A stretch of DNA of 28,268 nt from an uncultured Prolixibacteraceae bacterium (GTDB taxonomy: Bacteria; Bacteroidota; Bacteroidia; Bacteroidales; FEN-979): NCBI GenBank assembly GCA_964457665.1, contig CAYWHQ010000001.1, positions 1-28,268 on the forward strand, in the 5' to 3' direction. The notes under the pieces are model-generated. The model was not told where the DNA came from, ran no database searches, and was given only the letters and a program-made list of their open reading frames with translations. Shown here piece by piece: positions 17,791 to 25,478 of the stretch. The translations under genes and the position numbers were made by a program. The first letter of the stretch is position 1, and each line of letters opens with the position of its first letter.

Positions 17791-18324
17791 ATGCTGTACG
17801 CTATGGATAACAGCTTTTCTTTAAGAAATGTTCTTACGGGTATTTTTTTTCTGATACTCATGGCAGGATGCAGTGTTAACTATTCCTTCACAGGTGCATC
17901 CATTTCAGCCAATGTGAAAACTATCTCCGTACCTTACTTCCCGAACAAAAGCACGACTGTAATTCCAACGCTCAGCCGCACCATTACCGATGCCCTCAGA
18001 GATTACTATACTTCACAGACCAATCTGGTGATGGTTGAAAGAAACGGCGATCTTCAGGTGGATGGTGAAATTACAGGATATGTTGTTCAACCGGTTGCCA
18101 TTCAGGGGAATGAAACAGCCGCCATGAACCGCCTTACGATCACCGTTAAGGTCAAGTTCACCAATAAGATCGAGGAGAAGCAGAGTTTTGAGGATGCTAC
18201 TTTTTCAAGATACCTCGATTATCCTGTATCCAGGGATCTTTCAACCATTCAGGAAGAGCTTATCTTAGGGATCACAGAACAGCTGGTACAGGATATCTTT
18301 AATAAAACAGTGGTCAACTGGTGA
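17791..18324 (+). CDS. lptE: LptE family lipoprotein (LPS assembly)
   Basis: Lipobox LMAGC followed by YSFTGASI, F.N, GEITGY, RLTITVKVKFTN and a C-terminal DIFNKTVVNW typical of Bacteroidota LptE-like proteins. The start may instead be the ATG at 17806. Confidence 0.8.
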   Translation: MLYAMDNSFSLRNVLTGIFFLILMAGCSVNYSFTGASISANVKTISVPYFPNKSTTVIPTLSRTITDALRDYYTSQTNLVMVERNGDLQVDGEITGYVVQPVAIQGNETAAMNRLTITVKVKFTNKIEEKQSFEDATFSRYLDYPVSRDLSTIQEELILGITEQLVQDIFNKTVVNW

Positions 18325-18327
18325 AGG

Positions 18328-19212
18328 ATGAATAAACAGGATTTCAATACTTTAGTCACCAATCCCGGTTTAATCAACGAACAGGGGATGTCGCTTATTC
18401 AGACCATCATTGGCAGATTCCCATATTGTCAGTCAGCGCATCTGTTGCAGGCATATTATTTATACAGGAGCAAGGATCCCCGCTTTGAGGAGGTGATGAA
18501 GAAGAGCGCGGTTTATCTTGGTGACAGAAGAAGGCTCAGGTCACTTCAGCAGGAATGGGATCAGGAATTGGAAGTTGTGACAGAACCGCTGTCACAGGAG
18601 GAGGGGACGCAGCAGGGAGAGATATCCGAGACAACGGAGTTTCCCATAACCGAGCAGGATATTGACCTCGGAAAGGTCATGGAGCTACTTTCTGAGGATC
18701 CTGATACCCTTCCGGAAGTCACCGATGTGTCTGACGTCCCGGTTCCAGTTATTTCAGCATCAACCAGACCAGAAACGCCAGCAGTGGATGCGGCCGGGAA
18801 AAATGTTCCTGCAGAAACCGTTCCTCCATCCGCATCAACGTGTTCCAGGGATGATCTGCTTGCCATCGTGAAGAAACGGCTTGCCGAAATTCAATCCGGA
18901 AAAGAGTATGAGCCGGTGTCATTGAAGGAGATCCTTCATCAACCACCGCCTATCTCCAAGGAGGAGCTTATCGACCGTTTTATCATCAATGAACCCCAGA
19001 TTACCAGACCAAAGGTTTCTTTCAATGCACCTTCTGACAATATCCAAAAAGGAAATACTGATGACGGGGAGATCGTTTCTGAAACCCTTGCAAAACTCTA
19101 TGCCAGTCAGGGTAATTCACACAAAGCCATTCAGATTTATCAGAAATTGTCTTTGGTAATTCCGGAAAAAAGTCGTTACTTTGCAGCCCAAATTCAAAAA
19201 CTGAGACATTAA
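18328..19212 (+). CDS. Conserved hypothetical cytoplasmic protein with helical/TPR-like ends and an acidic linker
   Basis: N-terminal FPYCQSAHLL and C-terminal SETLAKLYASQGNSHKAIQIYQKL..PEKSRYFA (one TPR-like motif). The middle is rich in E, D, T and P. No signal peptide. Confidence 0.75.
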   Translation: MNKQDFNTLVTNPGLINEQGMSLIQTIIGRFPYCQSAHLLQAYYLYRSKDPRFEEVMKKSAVYLGDRRRLRSLQQEWDQELEVVTEPLSQEEGTQQGEISETTEFPITEQDIDLGKVMELLSEDPDTLPEVTDVSDVPVPVISASTRPETPAVDAAGKNVPAETVPPSASTCSRDDLLAIVKKRLAEIQSGKEYEPVSLKEILHQPPPISKEELIDRFIINEPQITRPKVSFNAPSDNIQKGNTDDGEIVSETLAKLYASQGNSHKAIQIYQKLSLVIPEKSRYFAAQIQKLRH

Positions 19213-19247
19213 TCATCCGGATCTTTCACGGATAAATCAATCTTATT

Positions 19248-19577
19248 ATGGGACTATATATTCTGATTGCTGTATTAATGCTGATTGCCAGTGTACTGAT
19301 GGTGCTGGTCGTCCTGGTCCAGAACTCGAAAGGGGGAGGACTTGCTTCCAATTTTGCCTCATCTAACCAGTTTATGGGGGTACGAAAAACTGCCGACTTT
19401 CTGGAAAAAGCAACCTGGACGCTTGCAATTGCCATGCTGGTTTTGAGTGTATTCTCAATTTTTGTGATTCCTAAAAGTACAGGCACACAGCAGACCATGG
19501 AGAGTGAGATCCAGAAGCAGATCGATGAGTCGAAGGCAACACCTATTACTGATTATCAGGCCCCTCCGGCGAACTGA
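19248..19577 (+). CDS. secG: Preprotein translocase subunit SecG
   Basis: Two TM segments joined by VLVQNSKGGGLASNF, then FLEKATW. Confidence 0.96.
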   Translation: MGLYILIAVLMLIASVLMVLVVLVQNSKGGGLASNFASSNQFMGVRKTADFLEKATWTLAIAMLVLSVFSIFVIPKSTGTQQTMESEIQKQIDESKATPITDYQAPPAN

Positions 19578-19596
19578 GAACTATTACAACGTATTG

Positions 19597-19621
19597 AAAC
19601 CGCCTTCATGGCGGTTTTTTT
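19597..19621 (+). terminator. Intrinsic terminator after secG
   Basis: AAACCGCC-TTCAT-GGCGGTTT followed by a T run. Confidence 0.88.
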
Positions 19622-19622
19622 A

Positions 19623-19691
19623 TGTCAGTTTGTCATACGGATCCAACAGTTGGCAGAAGATCTTATTGAAATTTCCTGCCAACAGGTGTCA
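19623..19691. promoter_or_regulatory. Repeat array upstream of groES, candidate upstream activator sequences
   Basis: TGTCA at 19623, 19631 and 19687, TGGCA at 19651 and TGCCA at 19677. An 8-bp inverted repeat GTTGGCAG (19649-19656) / CTGCCAAC (19676-19683) is also present. Confidence 0.5.
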
Positions 19692-19711
19692 AAAATGCAT
19701 TTTAAAAACTC

Positions 19712-19726
19712 TGGCATAAAATATGA
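19712..19726 (+). promoter_or_regulatory. Sigma54-like -24/-12 promoter for groESL
   Basis: TGGCATAAAATATGA has GG and G(A) separated by the canonical 10 nt. The -24 TGGCA is exact and the -12 is degenerate (ATGA versus TTGC). Confidence 0.5.
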
Positions 19727-19783
19727 CCATTGCGAACAAAACCATACAGGTCAATATTCATGTATAACTAAAAAAATATCAAA

Positions 19784-20062
19784 ATGACAAAACTGAAGAT
19801 TAAACCCCTTGCCGACCGGGTTGTTGTGGAGCCCGCTCCCGCAGAAGAGAAAACAGCCGGCGGAATTATCATTCCCGATACCGCTAAGGAAAAACCCCAG
19901 AAAGGAACCATCATGGCTGTTGGTCCTGGAAAAAAGGACGAACCTCTTACCGTCAAGGTAGGCGATGTTGTTTTGTATGGAAAATATTCCGGCACAGAAA
20001 TCACCATCGATGGTGAGAACTATCTCATCATGCGTGAATCCGATATTGTTGCAATCATCTGA
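19784..20062 (+). CDS. groES: Co-chaperonin GroES
   Basis: [39 protein letters not shown] and IMRESDI. Confidence 0.99.
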   Translation: MTKLKIKPLADRVVVEPAPAEEKTAGGIIIPDTAKEKPQKGTIMAVGPGKKDEPLTVKVGDVVLYGKYSGTEITIDGENYLIMRESDIVAII

Positions 20063-20113
20063 GGCAATAATATTTATCAGAATTATTTATAAACATATCA
20101 AAAAATTAAAGAA

Positions 20114-21754
20114 ATGGCAAAAGACATTTATTTCAATATAAAGGCGAGAGAAGCACTGAAAACAGGGGTGGATGCTCTTTCAAACGCAGTGAAAGTAACA
20201 CTGGGGCCCAAAGGCAGGAATGTGATTATCGAGAAATCCTATGGTTCGCCGGTGGTCACAAAAGATGGTGTAACGGTTGCCAAGGAGGTTGAGCTGAAAG
20301 ATCCGGTGGAAAACATGGGAGCACAGATGGTGAAGGAAGTTGCCAGCAAAACCAGTGACATTGCCGGTGACGGAACAACCACGGCCACTGTTCTGGCGCA
20401 ATCGATATTTACTACAGGTCTGAAAAATGTGACCGCCGGAGCCAATCCGATGGACCTCAAACGCGGTATTGACAAGGCTGTGATTGAAGTGATCAAGTCG
20501 CTGAAAAATCAGACCAGGCAGGTTGGCGACAGCATGGAAAAGATTGAACAGGTTGCCTCGGTATCTGCCAACAACGACACCTTCATTGGCAAAATGATCG
20601 CCGAAGCCATGGGGAAGGTTAAGAAGGAAGGCGTCATAACCATCGAAGAGGCCAAAGGCATCGAAACCACTGTGAAAGTTGTGGAAGGAATGCAGTTTGA
20701 CCGCGGGTATATTTCTCCCTACTTTGTAACTGATACGGAGAAAATGGAAGTAGTATATGACAATCCGTATATACTTATTCACGACAAGAAGATCTCAGTC
20801 ATGAAAGACCTTCTTCCTGTGCTTGAAAAAGTCGTTCAGACCGGTCGTCCCATGATCATTATCAGCGAAGATATGGAAGGAGAGGCTTTGGCGACACTCG
20901 TTGTGAACAAGATCCGCGGAACACTCAAGGTTGCCGCAGTAAAGGCTCCCGGTTTCGGCGACCGCCGCAAGGAGATGCTTGAGGATATTGCCGTCCTTAC
21001 TGGTGGTACAGTGATCAGCGAGGAGAAAGGATATAAACTGGAAGATTCTACACTTCAGTATCTCGGTCAGGCTGAAAAGGTGACGATCGACAAGGAAAAT
21101 ACAACGATCATTAACGGACAGGGAAAGAAATCGGACATTAACGGCCGTATTAATCAGATCAAATCCCAGATCGACAAGACCACCAGCGATTATGACCGTG
21201 AAAAACTGCAGGAACGGCTTGCAAAACTGGCAGGCGGTGTAGCCGTGATCTATGTGGGTGCTGCTTCCGAAGTGGAGATGAAGGAAAAGAAAGACCGCTT
21301 CGATGATGCGCTGCATGCTACCCGTGCGGCTATCGAAGAGGGGATCATCCCGGGAGGTGGCGTGGCATTCCTGCGCGCACAGATAGACATTGAAAAAATG
21401 AAAGGCGACAATGAGGATGAGAACACTGGCATTGCCATTGTTAAACGTGCCCTGGAAGAACCACTCCGTCAGATCGTGGAGAATGCAGGAATGGAAGGCT
21501 CAGTAATCATCCAGAAGGTAAAGACCGGTAAAGATGATTACGGCTTCAATGCCCGGACCGAAGAGTATGAAAACCTCTACCAGAGCGGTGTGATCGATCC
21601 GACCAAGGTAGCCCGGGTAGCCCTCGAGAATGCAGCTTCCATTGCAAGCATGCTGCTCACCACAGAGTGTGTGCTGGTTACGCATAAGGAAGAAAAACCG
21701 GCCGGCGGCCCTCCAATGAATCCTGGCATGGGCGGAATGGACGGGATGTATTAA
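20114..21754 (+). CDS. groEL: Chaperonin GroEL
   Basis: [70 protein letters not shown] and a GGM-rich tail. Confidence 0.99.
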   Translation: MAKDIYFNIKAREALKTGVDALSNAVKVTLGPKGRNVIIEKSYGSPVVTKDGVTVAKEVELKDPVENMGAQMVKEVASKTSDIAGDGTTTATVLAQSIFTTGLKNVTAGANPMDLKRGIDKAVIEVIKSLKNQTRQVGDSMEKIEQVASVSANNDTFIGKMIAEAMGKVKKEGVITIEEAKGIETTVKVVEGMQFDRGYISPYFVTDTEKMEVVYDNPYILIHDKKISVMKDLLPVLEKVVQTGRPMIIISEDMEGEALATLVVNKIRGTLKVAAVKAPGFGDRRKEMLEDIAVLTGGTVISEEKGYKLEDSTLQYLGQAEKVTIDKENTTIINGQGKKSDINGRINQIKSQIDKTTSDYDREKLQERLAKLAGGVAVIYVGAASEVEMKEKKDRFDDALHATRAAIEEGIIPGGGVAFLRAQIDIEKMKGDNEDENTGIAIVKRALEEPLRQIVENAGMEGSVIIQKVKTGKDDYGFNARTEEYENLYQSGVIDPTKVARVALENAASIASMLLTTECVLVTHKEEKPAGGPPMNPGMGGMDGMY

Positions 21755-21774
21755 TAGTTAAAAACCTTGTTTAT

Positions 21775-21803
21775 AAAAAGCCCCGTCACCTCGGGGCTTT
21801 TTT
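21775..21803 (+). terminator. Intrinsic terminator after groEL (bidirectional-type)
   Basis: AAAAAGCCCCG-TCACCT-CGGGGCTTTTT followed by T. Confidence 0.9.
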
Positions 21804-21845
21804 CATTCCTTTTGGGTAATATTGTAACTGATAAAATATCTGATT

Positions 21846-22394
21846 ATGAAGATGATTCTACTTTTGGTCATTGCAGCTACCCTGTTCATCACAGGCACAG
21901 CTGCACAGAATCCCCGGGACGGGATTGTTCCGGTTGACCCTGAGTCGGGGAAAATCATGTACAGGGAGGTAGTGGAACAGAGTGGCACACCGGCATACCT
22001 TTACGACAGAGCCATTGAATGGTTCGGATATTATTATGTGAATGCGCAATCGGTATATTCTGTCCAGGACAAAACCAATGGCAAAATTGAAGGAGTAGGG
22101 AGGATGAAGATTTACCGGCAGGATGAGAATGCAGGGGTGAAAGTGGATGCAGGCCTGATAACCTATACGATCCGGCTTGAACTCAGGGATAATAAATATC
22201 GGTATACGATCACAGATTTCAACCTGAAGAGCAGCTCCAGATTCCCGATAGAAAAATGGCTGAACAAAACCGACCCGGCATACAATCCCAATTGGGATGT
22301 CTATCTTTATCAAATAGATACAACAATGCAAAGGCTTACCTCATCGTTGATTGAAAAGATGAAGCCTGTTGTAAAGAAAACCGATGAGTGGTAG
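21846..22394 (+). CDS. Secreted protein, DUF4468-like (TBP-like fold)
   Basis: Signal peptide and the pattern GKIMYREVV...LYDRAIEW...DKTNGKIEG...ITYTIRLELRDNKYRYTITDF, which resembles DUF4468 proteins. This was recognised by eye and not searched. Confidence 0.65.
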   Translation: MKMILLLVIAATLFITGTAAQNPRDGIVPVDPESGKIMYREVVEQSGTPAYLYDRAIEWFGYYYVNAQSVYSVQDKTNGKIEGVGRMKIYRQDENAGVKVDAGLITYTIRLELRDNKYRYTITDFNLKSSSRFPIEKWLNKTDPAYNPNWDVYLYQIDTTMQRLTSSLIEKMKPVVKKTDEW

Positions 22395-23433
22395 TGAAAT
22401 ACCCGATATCAGGGAATGTGATGCTGCAATATTGGCAGATTTTCTTCAACAGAAGGGAGAACCTGCTTTCCGGCTTCTTCAGATCAACCGATGGATCTGG
22501 GAAAAAGGTTCACGATCTTTTGACACGATGTCGAATCTTCCGTTGCACACCCGTAACCTCCTGCAGCAGCATTTCCGGCTTAACCCTGCCATTGCACGGG
22601 ATCATTTCACCAGTACCGACGGTACAATCAAGATAGTTTTTGGCCTGCACGACGGACTGCAGGTTGAAGGTGTTCTGATCCCATCCTCGGGCAGGACCAC
22701 TGCCTGTATATCTTCGCAGGCCGGGTGCCCTCTGGGATGCAGGTTTTGCGCAACGGGTCGGCTTGGATTCGGAAGAAACCTATCATCCGGTGAAATCTTT
22801 GACCAGGTTTTCTATCTGAATTCCCTTTCCCTGGAACGGTATGGAACATCTCTTTCAAACGTGGTATATATGGGAATGGGAGAACCACTGCTGAACTATC
22901 CGAACGTATTGCGCTCGGTCGAAAAGATCACAGGAGATGATGGGATGGCCATGTCGTCACAGCGGATAACCCTTTCAAGCGTTGGTATTCCGCACATGAT
23001 CAGGAAAATGGCGGATGACAGACTAAAAATTCACCTTGCACTTTCTCTCCATGTTGCATATGACGAAAAACGATCGGAGATAATTCCCATTAACCGTACG
23101 CACCCGCTCGGTGATCTTTCGGATGCATTAAAGTATTACTACACCAAGACACGGAAACGGTTTACCATAGAGTATATCCTTTTCCGTGACGTCAACGACT
23201 CTGTTGAAGATGCCCGGTTGTTGAGTGATTTCTGCCGGCGTTTTCCGGTAAAGATCAATCTTTTGCATTACAATCCGGTTCCCGGGTTACCCTATATGGA
23301 AACAACAGCTGAAAGGATGCAAGCCTTTGCAAAATTCCTGCAGGAGAAGAAGAATATGGTGGTTAACATCCGGCAGAGCAGAGGTTACGATATCATGGCG
23401 GCGTGTGGTCAGCTTGCAGGTATTACCATTTAA
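22384..23433 (+). CDS. rlmN: 23S rRNA A2503 / tRNA A37 C2-methyltransferase RlmN (radical SAM)
   Basis: CISSQAGCPLGCRFCATG (CxxxCxxC), MGMGEPLLN, RITLSS, LALSLH, EYIL..VND, NLLHYNP and the second catalytic Cys in MAACGQL. Confidence 0.96.
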   Translation: MSGSEIPDIRECDAAILADFLQQKGEPAFRLLQINRWIWEKGSRSFDTMSNLPLHTRNLLQQHFRLNPAIARDHFTSTDGTIKIVFGLHDGLQVEGVLIPSSGRTTACISSQAGCPLGCRFCATGRLGFGRNLSSGEIFDQVFYLNSLSLERYGTSLSNVVYMGMGEPLLNYPNVLRSVEKITGDDGMAMSSQRITLSSVGIPHMIRKMADDRLKIHLALSLHVAYDEKRSEIIPINRTHPLGDLSDALKYYYTKTRKRFTIEYILFRDVNDSVEDARLLSDFCRRFPVKINLLHYNPVPGLPYMETTAERMQAFAKFLQEKKNMVVNIRQSRGYDIMAACGQLAGITI

Positions 23434-23452
23434 CTGTTTAAAGAAATATCAT

Positions 23453-25087
23453 ATGATGGATAACTTCAAAATTTCCGGTAACATAGTTGATGTTGTTGCA
23501 GGCAGGATTTTCAAAGGATCCGTTGAGGTGTCGGGGAGTACCATACTGAAGGTGACCGAAGAGGATTGTCCGGAGCAACAGTATATTCTGCCGGGGCTGA
23601 TAGATGCCCACATACATATTGAAAGCTCCATGCTGATCCCGTCGGAATTCGCCCGTCTCGCAGTGGTACACGGAACAACCGGATCCGTGTCGGATCCTCA
23701 TGAGATAGCCAATGTGACGGGGATACCAGGTATTAGGTTCATGATCAGGAATGGCCTGAAAGTTCCTTTCCGGTTTTGTTTCGGCGCCCCGTCCTGCGTA
23801 CCAGCCACCTCATTTGAAACTTCAGGCGCCAGGCTGGGTGTGAAGGAGGTTGCAGAACTGCTGGAGATGAAAGAGATAGGTTATCTGAGTGAAATGATGA
23901 ACTTCCCAGGCGTATTAGTCAGCGATCCTGAGGTTATGGCTAAATTGGATCTTGCCAGAAGTGCTGGTAAATCCGTCGACGGGCACGCACCCGGACTCCG
24001 GCGTGAAGATGTCCGCCGGTATATTGAAGCGGGTATTTCGACCGATCATGAATGTTTCTCCAGGGAAGAAGCGTTGGAAAAAATCGGGTACGGTATGAAG
24101 ATACTGATCCGCGAAGGCAGCGCTGCCAAAAACTTTGAAGCGCTGTACAGCCTGATCGATGAGTACCCGGAGATGGTGATGCTGTGTTCCGATGACAAGC
24201 ATCCTGATGATCTTGTGCAGGGACATATCAATAAGATCGCTGCCCGCGCCATCTCCATGGGAATAGATCCGGTGAAGGTTTTGCGCGCCTGCACATTGAA
24301 TCCGGTAAGGCACTACGGACTGTCTTGCGGACTGCTTCAGCCCGGCGATCCGGCTGATTTTATTACCACATTTGATCTGAAGGAGTTCACGGTCACATCA
24401 ACCTATATCAACGGGATCAAGGTGGCTGACCAGGGCCACTCCCTGATTGCCCCGGTAGCAGAAACACCGTTCAACAATTTTCATGGTAATCCCATTGAGC
24501 CTGCCTCGCTGGCCGTCAGGGCAGGGAAAGGCAGGATAAGAGTGATAGAAGCCTATGACGGACAGCTTATCACCGGGGAGGTTCTGACAGATCCAAAAAT
24601 TGAAAACGGCCTGCTGGTGAGTGATCCGGAAAATGATATTCTGAAAATGGTTGTACTCAACCGATATTCGACTTCCTATCCTGCCGTGGGATTTATCAAA
24701 AGTTTCGGGATAAGGGAGGGCGCGATCGCCTCCTGCGTAGCCCACGACAGCCATAATATCGTGGCAGTGGGGGATGATGATACCATGATTGCCGAAGCGA
24801 TCAATATGATCATCAAGAACAGGGGGGGTATATCAATTGCAGGTAAAAACCAGAAACTGAGTTTGCCGTTACCATTTGCAGGCATCATGTCGGGAGATAA
24901 CGGATACGATGTGGCAACCCTCTACGGTAAGATTGATCAGCATGCGAAGCGGATGGGCAGCCGTTTGCATGCCCCCTTCATGACTTTATCCTTTATGGCC
25001 CTGCTCGTAATTCCTGCGCTTAAATTGAGTGACAAGGGACTTTTCGACGGAAGGTCATTCACCTTCTGTAACATTATGGAATCCTGA
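23453..25087 (+). CDS. ade: Adenine deaminase (amidohydrolase, AdeC type)
   Basis: PGLIDAHIHIESSM, DPHEIANV, LSEMMNFPGV, DGHAPG, TDHE, IREGSAAKNF, CSDDKHP, AHDSHNI and PFMTLSFMALLVIPALKLSDKGLFD. The start was moved from 23327 to the ATG at 23453 or 23456. Confidence 0.95.
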   Translation: MMDNFKISGNIVDVVAGRIFKGSVEVSGSTILKVTEEDCPEQQYILPGLIDAHIHIESSMLIPSEFARLAVVHGTTGSVSDPHEIANVTGIPGIRFMIRNGLKVPFRFCFGAPSCVPATSFETSGARLGVKEVAELLEMKEIGYLSEMMNFPGVLVSDPEVMAKLDLARSAGKSVDGHAPGLRREDVRRYIEAGISTDHECFSREEALEKIGYGMKILIREGSAAKNFEALYSLIDEYPEMVMLCSDDKHPDDLVQGHINKIAARAISMGIDPVKVLRACTLNPVRHYGLSCGLLQPGDPADFITTFDLKEFTVTSTYINGIKVADQGHSLIAPVAETPFNNFHGNPIEPASLAVRAGKGRIRVIEAYDGQLITGEVLTDPKIENGLLVSDPENDILKMVVLNRYSTSYPAVGFIKSFGIREGAIASCVAHDSHNIVAVGDDDTMIAEAINMIIKNRGGISIAGKNQKLSLPLPFAGIMSGDNGYDVATLYGKIDQHAKRMGSRLHAPFMTLSFMALLVIPALKLSDKGLFDGRSFTFCNIMES

Positions 25088-25135
25088 ACTGATAACATTA
25101 TATTTATATATTTATTGGGATATTATATTTTTTAT

Positions 25136-25143
25136 TACTTTTG
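25136..25143 (+). promoter_or_regulatory. -7 promoter element for the ArsR gene
   Basis: TACTTTTG(CA), an exact match. ATTG at 25114-25117 lies 18 nt upstream and is a possible -33 element. Confidence 0.72.
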
Positions 25144-25165
25144 CATCAATTAAATTAACATTTTC

Positions 25166-25468
25166 ATGAAAAAGAAATCACAACTCGACCTTCAGAAGCT
25201 TGAAACAGCTGCCAGCAAACTTCGCGCGATGTCACACCCGATGCGCATTGCCATCATCGACCTGTTGACCGATAACAAAAAGCTCACGGTAACAGAGATT
25301 TATGAACATCTTAATATTGAACAGGCTTCTGCATCCCACCACCTGAATATTCTGAAGAACAAAGGACTTCTTGAATCGAAAAGGGATGGAAAAATGATTT
25401 ATTATTCGCTGAAAACACATGTCCTTTCCAACGTGATTGATTGCATCAATCAATGTGTTCAGCATTGA
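25166..25468 (+). CDS. ArsR/SmtB family transcriptional regulator
   Basis: KLRAMSHPMRIAIIDLL, HTH LTVTEIYEHLNIEQASASHHLNILK and wing GLLESKRDGKMIYYSL. Confidence 0.92.
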   Translation: MKKKSQLDLQKLETAASKLRAMSHPMRIAIIDLLTDNKKLTVTEIYEHLNIEQASASHHLNILKNKGLLESKRDGKMIYYSLKTHVLSNVIDCINQCVQH

Positions 25469-25478
25469 CCCTGAAAAG

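Noticed and set aside
19176-19185. TTACTTTGCA as an internal secG promoter
   Set aside because: It mismatches the TA of TAnnTTTG and is fully explained by the codons for R-Y-F-A. It remains possible but is unsupported without TSS data.
20180-21316. 200-aa and 173-aa antisense ORFs over groEL
   Set aside because: Long stop-free antisense frames are a well-known by-product of codon usage in highly expressed chaperone genes.
23327-23452. The ade frame stays open for 42 codons back into the end of rlmN, suggesting a +1 frameshift RlmN-Ade fusion at ATT TAA C
   Set aside because: Both proteins are complete on their own and ade has a good ATG with an A-rich leader at 23453. The site lacks the prfB-type CTT TGA slip and the properly spaced SD.
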